From Hormiphora californensis (taxonomy: Eukaryota; Animalia; Ctenophora), in the NCBI GenBank assembly GCA_020137815.1, contig CM035352.1, positions 7,006,001 to 7,070,000 on the forward strand: a DNA stretch of 64,000 nucleotides. Direction: 5' to 3'. Below, in pieces: positions 1-21,699 of the stretch (positions within the stretch are counted from its first letter, which is position 1; the number at the start of each line of letters is the position of its first letter). A program made the translations under genes and the position numbers. The notes below the pieces were generated by a model. That model had not been told where the DNA came from. It did no database searches and worked only from the letters and a program-made list of their open reading frames with translations.

Positions 1-71
1 GGCCTTCTATCATCTCTCACTAGCCACCGTGGGTGACAACGTGTCAGCGTTTTTGTTCACTTTTTTTCGAT

Positions 72-1418
72 AAGGATAATGTTTTAATTATGCACTGAAC
101 TGCTGTAGACATCACCCACTCACTTCATACACACACAAACACCCACACACATGACCAAGCCTGTACGACAGGTTATTGATCACCGGCTGTATTACAGCAC
201 GAGAGAGCCGTCACTAGTATCGTGCAGTGATCCGAAGATCATGATAACAATTAATATGACGTGATCAACTGCTATAGCCCAACTGTTCATTCTGAGAATT
301 CTGATACAAAGATATTATTTGCCGTACTGATATATGAGGTAACTCCAACCCCCCAGTTTCATCTCCTTGTTTAACATGGGAGTTACCAAGGGAATCCACT
401 GGGTTCGATTAATCTAGGCACATACCCACAGTACTATTCGAATTGGCGTATCTTTATATCAGGAATCTCGGATAGCAACAATCCTTGTGTTTTATTGCTA
501 TCTGAACAGATTAGGCGTATAGACAGGGCTCTTATTATCAGCAGTGCTCACGTTTCAAGGATAATGTTTTAATTATGCACTGAACTGCTGTAGACATCAC
601 CCACTCACTTCATACACACACAAACACCCACACACATGACCAAGCCTGTACGACAGGTTATTGATCACCGGCTGTATTACAGCACGAGAGAGCCGTCACT
701 AGTATCGTGCAGTGATCCGAAGATCATGATAACAATTAATATGACGTGATCAACTGCTATAGCCCAACTGTTCATTCTGAGAATTCTGATACAAAGATAC
801 AAAGTTAAACAAGGAGATGAAACTGGGGGGTTGGAGTTACCTCATATATCAGTACGGCAAATAATATCTTTGTATCAGAATTCTCAGAATGAACAGTTGG
901 GCTATAGCAGTTGATCACGTCATATTAATTGTTATCATGATCTTCGGATCACTGCACGATACTAGTGACGGCTCTCTCGTGCTGTAATACAGCCGGTGAT
1001 CAATAACCTGTCGTACAGGCTTGGTCATGTGTGTGGGTGTTTGTGTGTGTATGAAGTGAGTGGGTGATGTCTACAGCAGTTCAGTGCATAATTAAAACAT
1101 TATCCTTGAAACGTGAGCACTGCTGATAATAAGAGCCCTGTCTATACGCCTAATCTGTTCAGATAGCAATAAAACACAAGGATTGTTGCTATCCGAGATT
1201 CCTGATATAAAGATACGCCAATTCGAATAGTACTGTGGGTATGTGCCTAGATTAATCGAACCCAGTGGATTCCCTTGGTAACTCCCATGTTAAACAAGGA
1301 GATGAAACTGGGGGGTTGGAGTTACCTCATATATCAGTACGGCAAATAATATCTTTGTATCAGAATTCTCAGAATGAACAGTTAGGCTATAGCAGTTGAT
1401 CACGTCATATTAATTGTT
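72..1418. repeat. Insertion made of ~1.5 direct copies (72-799) plus ~1.25 inverted copies (805-1418) of a 485-bp unit, flanked by a 12-bp direct repeat TTTTTTTCGATA (61-72, 1418-1429)
   Basis: aaggataatgttttaattatgc... starts at 72 and again at 557; from 805 the sequence is the reverse complement of the unit starting at position 374 and wrapping through the unit junction. Confidence 0.85.
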
Positions 1419-1520
1419 TTTTTTCGATAGTTTCCGTTTTTAGTTTTGTAGCATTTGTGCTGCGTGTAATTCCTGATTACTTCCACAATCCACTCTCCAG
1501 GCTCCTCTACCGAGGCTAAA

Positions 1521-1860
1521 TAGTGAACCTTAATGAAGTTCAAGAGCGTCCAAGAGCGCACCGGGTCCAAGGGCGCACCAGGAGCAGGAGAGTACCCCAT
1601 CCAGAAGACACAGGGGATACCATGCACTGAAGATATCACGCACGCAAATACAACGCCGCGGACATCTTCTGCGTGTGGTATCCCCTGCATATGGTCTCTT
1701 CTGGATGGGGTGCACTCTTGGATGTGATGTGCTTTTAGACTTGGTGCGCTCTTGATTGTGGTATCTTCTGGGTGTGGTGCGCTCTTGGATGTGGTATCTT
1801 TTGGATGGGGTGCGCTCTTGGGCTCTCTTGGACGCTCTTGAACTTTATTATGATTCACTA
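1521..1860. mobile_element. Non-autonomous TIR element (MITE-like) with internal short repeats
   Basis: tagtgaaccttaatgaagttcaagagcgtccaagag at 1521 is an imperfect inverted repeat of ctcttggacgctcttgaactttattatgattcacta ending at 1860. Confidence 0.6.
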
Positions 1861-2034
1861 TAGTAAGAGCTGCCGAAGTTAGCCAGGTCCTGCTCTCTGG
1901 ACCCTACTAAGACTCTACTAAGACTCTACTAAGACTCTAGAGCCATGAGATTTTATATCTTATTCGTCTGATATCTGATTAACATACATTAGCATACTTT
2001 AGATGTTAATGGTATTGTAGATAAGACAACAGTA

Positions 2035-11881
<9,847 letters not shown>

Positions 11882-12101
11882 AGAAAGGGAATCATCAGTG
11901 AGACATTTCTACAAACACAAGACACAAGCCATAGCTTGAGAGGCATATTTGGCACAATAAAAAAGAAATAAATCGTATTAAATCAATTGTCAATTAACCG
12001 ACTATGTATATGAACAAACTTATTTACAACAACATGAATTAATATTATCAATATATCAGAAACTATAGGGAGGGGTGCATGTTTTTTTTTCTGATGTGAA
12101 T

Positions 12102-12263
12102 GTCACGTGACCAAGTATAATTTTGCAGATCGTATTATTTAGCACGTGCAGAATATAGAATGTAATATTTAGAACGTGCAGATTGTATTATTTAGCACGT
12201 GCAGAATGTATAAATTAGCACGTGCAGATTGTATTATTTAGCACGTGCAATCTTTGCACGTGG
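12102..12263. repeat. ~23-bp tandem repeat with several CACGTG E-boxes between the convergent BCAS3 and WDTC1 3' ends
   Basis: gcacgtgcagattgtattattta-like units; GTCACGTGAC at 12102. Confidence 0.75.
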
Positions 12264-12818
12264 GAGTGTGTACTTGAACTACCGTGGTGTATTTGCAATG
12301 TGTGTATTCTGTTTTTTTCGTAGCGAGTTCTCTTTTGGTGAAGAAACACTGCTTCTAAATCTTTGTACCACTTCAAGGACTGGGCATATTCAACCAATCC
12401 TGACACAGTTAAACGCCCTAGATCATGTGATCTCTCAGATCCGTTTCCGGCGCGGTGGAAACCTCTTTTCCGAGAACAGGAAACCCTCTTTTCCGAGACC
12501 TGGACTCCGGAGCTGCGCGCTTACACATGCGCGTTATCTTTGCGCGAGGAAACCTACAATCGACACCTCGCGCCTTACACCACCGTCTCTGCAGATCATG
12601 CGATGTATCACAGTGATCATGGAATGAAATGTGAAGGAGCCACCTTGTTCATTTGTTCTAAATTACATTTCCATCGTTTTTCTGGACACTTCAAAACACG
12701 CTCATTTCATATTCCCAATGAAAAAATATGTATCTAATAACATAATTTAGAGATTTTCAACAGCACAAAATAAGAAACAACTTCAGTTTTTAGTATTATT
12801 CAGGCCTATAACAGTTCT

Positions 12819-15800
12819 TTAAGACGGGTTACAGACAAGAGGTCCCCCGTCACTTCCCTCCCGGCCCATCCTCATGAATGGTAAAGGATACTCCGCCATC
12901 ATTTTCTGTAGAGAGAGGGAGCGGGTTAGAAAGTAGCTTTAGTATTTGAAGGGGAATGTATCAATCAATATTGTGATTTCCAAAATTCTGAATAACAATC
13001 AATAAATATTGTTGTCTAATGATTTCCAAAAGTCTGATAAAATCACCTGGTTTTGTGTAGCAGCATCAGATAGCTCATCTATGTGTGTTAGAGGGTCCGG
13101 ATCAAAGTTAGGATCGGCGTGGGGCGACCAAAGCCGAACTGTATTGTTCAGACCTGAAGGAAAAGTAGGTGAGAGACAACGAACAAATTGAGAGAGAACT
13201 TCGTAACTCAAGGTGAGATAAATACAGAAAAATACGAGGAGAACCCATGATTTCTCTTATCTGTGAAAGAATGAGGTATAAACTAACCCGATGAAGCGAT
13301 AACATGCTGGTTTGGGTGGGGTTGTACACAGTTAACCAACATCGAATCAGCGAATATAACTTTCTGAAGGGTCTGAGTGGGTCGGTACCAGAGGAACATG
13401 CCCTCGTCATCACTACCAGATATTATATATTCCTGAGGGGGAGAGGTGGTATTTGGGGGGGGGGGGGGGGGTATTTGGTCTCTATTTCACACCGATTGTG
13501 CTGGTAATTTCTAGCCTAAGGCATGCATGTTACAGCTATAAGAGTCAGTACAGCTGCTGTACTAGCGTGCATGGTACTACAAAAGTGATGGTACTACAAT
13601 GATGTACTAGTGTAAAGCTGTAAAAGGAGCTTTTTATTAATTTACCAATCTCTCTCTCTTGTCTCTTGGGGTATAACTCTACCAACCATATCTACCTGTT
13701 CGGGCCCAAAAAAGTTTGCCTCCTTGATGTCGGTTTGAACGTTGCAAGCCCCCGTAAACCGGGACAAGTAATCAGTTGCAGTAAGCAAAGACCGGTCCGA
13801 TACAGCAGGCTCTGAAAAAGGGGGCAAATGTGAAATATACAACTAGGTTCACATTTTAACGTCCATTATTTTTTTTCAAACCATTGTAACACCGTGACTT
13901 GTCACGGGCAACAACAATTGTGAGAGATAACTTACCTTTTAGCCCACTTTCAATAGCATCATCAATCTTCTCGGAGAGCGACTCAAAACTGGGGTCAGCG
14001 GGTCGACCATGTCGGGCTTGGAACATGCCCATCTTAGTCCAGGCTACCTTATTGAAATCCATCTCGTGCAAACTTTGAATCTGAAACATGTCCTTGAAAT
14101 AGAGCGGATATTGAAAGCACCCGTAATAATATGAGAGATAGCTATTAGTTGATGGTGGGTTGAGAGAGAATATATTCACGATGGGTGAAATTTAGAGGTC
14201 GTGGTCGAATGAAACATTTGGTTACGAAATAACCCCTCTGGCAAGGGTAACTTCATTACTAAATGAAACAGCTTACATTACCTGTCGGAGGTATGCTTTC
14301 TCATTAGTTGGGTCGATATCTAGTGCAGTGAGAGAGTCTCTGTATGCAGCATATTTGTCTCCCTTCCAGCCTCTCTTGAGAAGCGCTATTGCCCTGTTGT
14401 TTAGCAGGATAACGTTATCTGGGTTCCTGACTAGGAGGGGAATTGATAAGAGAATCTGCTACGGGCATGAACCCCTGACTAGGAGGGGGGATTGGTTAGA
14501 GCTCATCTGCTACGGGCATGAACCCCTGACTAGGAGGGGGGATTGATAAGAGCATCTGCTACGGGCGTGAACCCCTGACTAGGAGGGGAATTGATAAGAG
14601 AATCTGCTACGGGCATGAACCCCTGACTAGGAGGGGGGATTGGTTAGAGCTCATCTGCTACGGGCATGAACCCCTGACTAGGAGGGGGGATTGATAAGAG
14701 CATCTGCTACGGGCGTGAACCCCTGACTAGGAGGGGAATTGATAAGAGAATCTGCTACGGGCATGAACCCCTGACTAGGAGGGGGAATGGTTAGAGCATC
14801 TGCTACGGGCATGAACCCTTGCCTAGGAGGGGGAATGGTTAGAGTATCTGTTACGGGCGTGAACCCCTGACTAGGAGGGGGAATTGGTAAGAGCATCTGC
14901 CATGGGGCCATGTGCATTAAAACCCGTCTTTTATTGGGACGCTGTGAGAGGTTTTGAACAAATAACAATATCAACTAGCAAGGCAAGGGAGAGGTTAGAG
15001 TGCTTCGTACGTAAATGTTTCTAAACGTGTACTAATGCAAATGATAACTCACCAATGCATTCGGAATACCGGACCACTGCTTTATTGTATTCTTTGTTGT
15101 TAAAGTACCGATTTCCTTGGTCCTTTAGTGCTTTCGTCGCAGGATCGAGAGGTCTCGCCCTAACCAACATTATGTTAGGTTATTGATGTCTCGATATACA
15201 AGGACAAGGCGTGACAGTAACCAGTTTAGGGGGGACATTTTTTGGCCAAGATATATTTACAGGAAATTTAATGATTACAATTGAGAGTGGAAGAAATCAA
15301 AAACTTTGACCAAGGTGATACAGTCGGACCCCGATTTAGTGGCCCCCGATTTAGTGGCACCCCGATTTAGTGGCAGGATTTTTTTCCCCCAAAAATTTTT
15401 TTTGATTTTTTAAAAATTTTTTTTGAAAATTTTTCAAAGGAATACCAGCCACGTCCGAATCGTGTTTCGAATCAGTGAATCTTATCACATGTCCTGCTGC
15501 TAATTAGACGGTTTGGAACGAACTGATATATGATCCCCATGGGGGCCATTGAATCATAAGTTCACCAAGCGTCAAAATTTCGATTCGATGGGGATCACGT
15601 TTCGATTCGTTCCGAACCGTCTAATTAGCAGCAGGACATGCGATAAGATGCACCGATTCGAAACACGATTCGGACGTGGCTGGTATACCTTTAAAAAATT
15701 TAAAACTTTTTTTGCAAAATTTTACAGTACGATTGTCAATGCTTTGATCGGTGCTCCCCATAAATTTTGAGAGAAAAAGTTATTTTGAAATTTTGATACT

Positions 15801-18288
15801 TCCTCACCCGCTTAGGGTGCCCCGATTTGGCATGGTATCACGTATCGGTTCGTTTCGAACCGTCTAATTAGCAACAGGACATGCGATAAGATGCACTGAT
15901 TCGAAAAACGATTCGGACGGGCTGGTATAACTTAGAAAATTTTTCACAATTTTTTTGAAAAATTTATTTGATAGTTTTCTATTTCTAATCAGAAATGATC
16001 ATGTAATCAATACATAAATATTGCATATAACAGTTAGAGGTGTCTTTAGTCTTAGTATAGCATTTTGGGCATAAAATAGGTTTTTATGGGCCAAATATGG
16101 CTCGCCCCGATTTAGTGGCACCCCGATTTAGTGGCAGGATTTCTTTCCCCCGAGGATGCCACTAAATCGGGGTCCGACTGTACCTGTATTTCCCTGATGT
16201 TGTTCCTGAAGGCATTTCCTCACCTGTGAGGCTTGGTAAATCAATCACCTGACACCCACCTTCCATCTCGTATAGGTACACCTGGGAAGGGAGGTGTTAA
16301 CCGTGGTTACCATGGTAACAACATGGTAACCATGGTGACAACAGACAACATGGTAACCATGGTAACAAATTGCTCCTGTACCTGTTCGCATCCCATATTA
16401 GAGAGGAGATAACGGCCAGTATTATCGAACGTACACCACGTGACAGAGGGAGAACCATGCATTTGGTAGGTTCTTTTGCTGTAAAGTAGATGACCAGGAA
16501 GGAAACTTAGAACAGGCACTGTCGAGTCATCGTCCTGTAGGATGATTGTAACTAGGTAACCATGGTAACTATAGGTAACTAAGGGTTACATGGAACATGC
16601 CTGGTAACCATGGTTACATACCTGGTAACCATGGTAACATACCTGGTTACCATGGTAACATCTAGTACCTGGTCAGATGGTGACAGCATTCTCCTATCGT
16701 ATACCCTAGTTACAGGATCTTCAGATCCAACACATAGCAAGTGTGGTTGGGCCGGGTTACTGTTGATGCATTTTATCTAGAGAGAGTCAGTTGTTACATT
16801 CAAACATAACTAGGTCTAAAGATAAAAGCGCTGGCAAGCGCAAAAGTAGTTATCCCCCCTAAAAGCTCCGCCAGAAACGCAGTTATTATATACGTTTCAT
16901 GGGGAATAATCAAACACATTTATTGTACGTACCGATTGGTTTTTAAGTCGTATCAACACATTCGGACATGTATCATCGTTATCATTTCTAGTACTGCAGA
17001 TGTGACCCTCCCGTATATCAAACTGCCTGTAACAAACATTTGTTATTACAGTTGTAATGTTGCTACAATTGCTGGCACAGAGAGAGAAGGTAGAACAAGG
17101 CAATTCTGTTACAACAGAGAAGTACCCGTTAATGAATTGTTTACAATATCTAGAGAGTCTACAGGAAACATAATCATGATGATGATCAACTACCATTACC
17201 TTGCAGTACCATCCTCTGAAGAACTGAGTGCTATGTATTCACTATCAGGTACTGTACAGCACCTCTTTACACGGTTACTATGGCAACTCCACTGACTTAG
17301 AACATGTTCCTCCTCGATGTCAAGATGGTGGACTCTCCCATCCCCCGAGCCACTTATCACCTCTTTTTCATTATTGATAAACTGAAATTGTAGTCAGGCC
17401 GTTACTGTAAGTTAGTAACCAATAGTTACTATGTACTAAAATACTTTTTTTATAGTACAGGTGTTTATAGTATGTAACTAGTTGTACCGTCTCAAATTGA
17501 TTTACCAAACCCTTACAGAACACGCTCGCTCTGTGACGATTGATCATCAAAATACAACATACCTTTACAGAGAATATGTTATGTTCGTGTCCTGATGCAA
17601 TGGTAGCTAGAAGGGGCTGCCTACTATCTGGTTCCCAAACACACACATTCTTGTCATCTGACCCACTCAGTAACCTGTGTCCTGTCTTGCTCCACTGGAT
17701 ACAGTTAACACAGCCTCGGTGCTTCTGTGGGGGGAGTTGAAATAATAAATAAGGGGGGGGGGGGTTGTAGCAATGAGGGGGGGGGGGGGGGGCACTGTGG
17801 CCTGTCTTGCTCCACTGGATACAGTTAACACAGCCGCGGTGCTTCTGTGGGGGGGGGGGGGGGGTGAAATAATAAATGAGGGGGTGGGGACACTGTGTCC
17901 TGTCTTGCTCCATTGGATACAGTTAACACAGCCGCGGTGCTTCTGTGGGGGTTGAAATAATGAGGAGGAGGATTGTAAATTTAGGGAGCGGGGACACTGG
18001 GCATGTCTTAGTTCTTGGAATTAATTAGCTCGCTAATTTACTGACCGCTAATTCCTTGTCTAGTGTTAACTTGTCAGTAAGATAGCTTGACAGTCGTCTT
18101 CTTAAATTATACCAGCTGTGAAACTGAAAGAGAGGTGTTTGATAATATAAATCGAGAATGTAGGCTAATTGGACGTCCCTTTCTTAAGTGTGTGGGGGAT
18201 ATTTATTTAGATGTAGAAGGGGAGAGATTTTTGGAGTGAGGGGTTGTTGTACCTTATTTTCCTCTAATGCTCTCAGCACATCTACCAT
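12819..18288 (-). CDS. WDTC1: WD and tetratricopeptide repeat protein 1 (adipose/DCAF9), multi-exon
   Basis: HRGCVNCIQWSKTGHRLLSGSDD..GHEHNIFSVK, LLSNMGCEQ|VYLYE, TPR ALKDQGNRYF and NRAIALLKRGWKGDKYAAYRD, FTGACNVQTDIKEANFFG, C-terminus LVCNPS*. Confidence 0.9.
14422..14900. repeat. ~55-bp intronic minisatellite (about 9 units) abutting a WDTC1 3' splice site
   Basis: gaacccctgactaggagggggaattgataagagaatctgctacgggcat repeated. Confidence 0.9.
15321..16180. mobile_element. Tc1/mariner(pogo)-type MITE, TA TSD, TIR CAGTCGGACCCCGATTTAGTGGC, with internal inverted segments
   Basis: ta|cagtcggaccccgatttagtggc ... gccactaaatcggggtccgactg|ta. Confidence 0.9.
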
Positions 18289-18556
18289 TTTACTTCATTG
18301 GTGCTAGAAATATAAAAAGTGCATATAAGAGCTTGATAAAACATCGAATCGGAAAATTAATCAATCGGACAATTAATTATTAGGAATTATAAATCTTTGA
18401 TAAACACACTCTTAAATAGCAGGTTTCAACCGAATTCAAAAACTACATCTCTAAACACAAACAGTATACACATGCATGAAAACTGGTAAAAATTCTAAAG
18501 GTATTTTGATAAGTTCATGAATGATAAATTGGCTATGAATTTCAAATCTAAATAAT

Positions 18557-19306
18557 CTACCAATAAGGAGCTAATTCCTGGCTGGCACGTCTGGTATACA
18601 TAACCTGTCCTTCTGATGGATAATCATCTACCATCCGTTCCGAAACCAACTGATAATTCGCCCCCTGATTGTTGTCCCAGAATTCCATGTCGTCAAGGCG
18701 ATACGACAAACAAAACTCTATCTCCTGGCCCAGATAAAGAGGCCCAAAATGAATTGAGAATGAAAACTCATCTACTTCATTGTCAACTTGACGGAAATAG
18801 GAACAGGGGGAATCTGAGTAAGTCAACCAGTGGTTTAGGGTGTACCGCAGAGAAACAACCTTGTGGAATGAGATGTTTTCAACACGGACCCTTCCATCGA
18901 TTGTACTGCCAGTGATTTTGATCGAGCTGAGACAGATTTTATAGATTTTTAGTTGGTCTCGGTGTGGTGGGAGGAGAGTGAACGTCTGTCGGAGGACTAG
19001 GATTTTCCTTGATGTGTTCTGATGTGCCATACGGGGAACTTTCAAGACAACTTCCTCCAGCAGATCATATTCCTTGCTCTGAAAAAAATCAAAATATATT
19101 TCAAACGCACCGCAATAAAATGGCAAGGATCAGTATCAGTACTTAAAGAATAAATTGGTTCCTAATTTCATTTGTTATACCTGTACAAGGGGAAGTCCAT
19201 AGTTGTCAGCAAACTTGACCTTCTTCTTTTGCTTTGTCGTTCGCTTTCTCTCTGCTGTACCCGGCCCTACAGAAAGGCTGTGGAGCGCCAAAACTAGTGC
19301 ACACAT
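18557..19306 (-). CDS. PPP1R3: PP1 glycogen-targeting regulatory subunit (PPP1R3-like, CBM21); exons 19306-19181 and 19078-18557
   Basis: RVxF motif KKVKFADNYGLPL; CBM21 motifs GRVRVENISFHKVVSLRYTLNHW and FWDNNQGANY. Confidence 0.9.
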
Positions 19307-19406
19307 GTTGGATCCTTCGTGACGTCATGAAATCAGCTTAACCATAGCTCCTTTATACTAAAATGTTATTGATATTTCAGTAATGCTGCAAGGGCCAAGC
19401 AGGGTC

Positions 19407-19486
19407 CAGGGGTGCCAATTGCCATGCAGTCCCGGCTGGGTTTAGGGCCCCTAAACCCAGTCGGGACTGCATGGCAATTGGCCCCT
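19407..19486. repeat. Near-perfect ~80-bp GC-rich palindrome, probably a DNA-transposon terminus
   Basis: gccaattgccatgcagtcccggctgggtttagg..cctaaacccagtcgggactgcatggcaattggc. Confidence 0.75.
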
Positions 19487-19671
19487 AAATTAGGGGCATG
19501 GTAGTGCCCCCACGAGAAGGGCCCAGGGGCTGCAACCCCAATAGGATTCGAGGGGGCTGGGCGAAAGCTGTTTCCCTTTCATTACTGAAGGGCGCTGGAG
19601 CGAGCGACGAAAAAGAAAACTGAAAAACACTCTTTAAAAAACGTGAGGAAATTTGCACAAAATTTCTGAAA

Positions 19672-20926
19672 CCACTCCTGGGATTTCGGACCAACTAGGC
19701 ACTATTGAGGAGAAAATTCATCAGAAGCTCCTCCCGGCGATAACCGGTCAGCCAGTTGTAAATGAAACCTTGAGATTGGTTGCAGCCCTCCCTGTAAGAT
19801 TCGGAGGACTAGGAGTAGACAACCCTCAAATATCATCAGACTCAGACTACAGTTTCTCAAAGTTTGTTACTGAAGAGCTCTCAGTTGCAGTCCTAGCTCA
19901 ACAGGAAACATTCAAAATCAACCAAAAGGAACGAGCAGAGAAGAAAACCCTCATCCACCGAACAAAGAACGATATTCATCAGAAGAAAATCGACGAGATC
20001 AAAAACATGATGACTACAGCTGAAATCAGAAACCTGGACCTACTCACGGAAAAGGGGGCCTCATCCTGGTTAACATGTCTCCCTCTCCAATCTTTGAACT
20101 TCACCCTCAACAGACAGGAGTGGCACGACGCCATGTCAGCCCGTTATAACCTGCCTCTCGTCGGACAGGCCTTACCTCAACATTGTGCATGTGGGGAAGA
20201 AAACACCATCGATCACCTCATATCCTGCAAACTCGGAGGTTTTGTATGTTTCCGACACAACAACGTGAGAGATTTCATTGGCCACGAACTGAATAAAGTA
20301 TGTGTCGACACTAAGATCGAACCCCATCTCCTAAATGTTAGAGGGGTGAATCTTCCGGCTGGCACTATAACAGCCGATGGCGCCAGACTTGACATCAGTA
20401 GTCGCGGCTTTTGGTCGGATATGGACAATATCTATTTCGATGTAAGGATTTTCAATCCAAGGATATCGTCCAACTCAAATCAGACCATCGCCAAAACATA
20501 TGAAAAACACGAGAGAGAGAAGAAAACATCCTACCTCCACCGTGTCCTAGAGGTGGAAAAGTCAACATTCACACCACTGGTAATGTCAACTACAGGGGGC
20601 CTCGGAAGGGAATTTAATAAGACTTTGAAACAATTGGCTGAGAAGAAGGCGACTAAAACAGGATATTCATACGATCAGTGCATCCGGTACCTGAGGCTAA
20701 GGTTGTCATTTGCCATGGTCCGCTCCGTCAGGGGGCACCGCGGACGACTGAGGGCAGAAGGCAGCAGCGGTCGGGATGACAGTATCTACCAAATAGACTA
20801 AATCTTTATTTATATAATTTATTGACCCCGTTTGTTTAATTTATTATTGACATTGTAAGTGTGTGTACCACTATTTATATTCAAGGCCAAAATCGGCCGA
20901 CCCCCCCCCCCAAAAAAAAAAAAAAA
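19672..20926 (+). mobile_element. 5'-truncated CRE-clade-like non-LTR retrotransposon (post-RT region, CCHC and restriction-like endonuclease); possible poly(A) tail and TSD TTCTGAAA
   Basis: ORF to 20801 with LPVRFGGLG, GASSWL, CACG..DHLISCKLGG..RHN, RLDI..YFDVRI..HEREKKTSY..FTPLVMSTTGG; TTCTGAAA at 19664-19671 and 20927-20934 after an A-run. Confidence 0.8.
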
Positions 20927-21699
20927 TTCTGAAATATAAAAATTGAAATCGGCACGCGGGCCGCGCATGATTTTACGCCGCGTAGTTCCAAAATTGGTAT
21001 TTTCGCGTGCGACGTTACTTTAGCCAATTGGGACGATACATTTTGATCTTTGGCGTCTGGGATACGCCATTCCAAAACACAGACAAAGTCAAACAAACAA
21101 TTTAGATAAACAAGTCAATAAACAAAAGGAAAAACAAATACATAACACTCCGGTTTACAAAATCACTTTTGCGCTGTCTGGCGCCGCGACCCATCTGAGC
21201 GCACTGTCGGTATGGCGCCGCCATACAGCTTTTGCGTTGTTTCAGTTTGGCTCAAGCCTCAAAATCAAACTCAGATTAAATCAATAATGTAACAACGTTA
21301 TTAACATCAGCTGTAATATTAGCTGATACAGTGTAATCATAATCCGACACTTCGCCAATTGAATAAATGCAAACGAAAGATAGCAAAGCGGTCAGTATCT
21401 AGGGGAATCACTAGCAGGGAGCGAGGAACAGCGGTCAGAACATTAGCCTGACAGGGGAATCAGGGGGCGAATGTGTTTGGTTGATAGCTAATCATTGGGT
21501 CTACCAGTCCATCAACAGAATCCTCCAAACCCGGCTCGTGTTCTGGACTATACCTTCCCCTGCAAGCAGCAGAATTATAATCAAGGGGCCCTATCAGTTT
21601 CAGGGAAATCAATATGAATTTTCATTCACAAAGTCGACTACATACATACTTGTAGAAAATAAATAGAAACAGCCTGCATGCATGATATATGTCCCACAC

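Noticed and set aside
72-556. Hammerhead ribozyme in the 485-bp unit (classic retrozyme or Penelope pLTR)
   Set aside because: No CTGANGA core found on either strand by eye
1400-1858. 152-aa minus-strand ORF
   Set aside because: Lies over the internal repeats of a MITE; no recognisable domain
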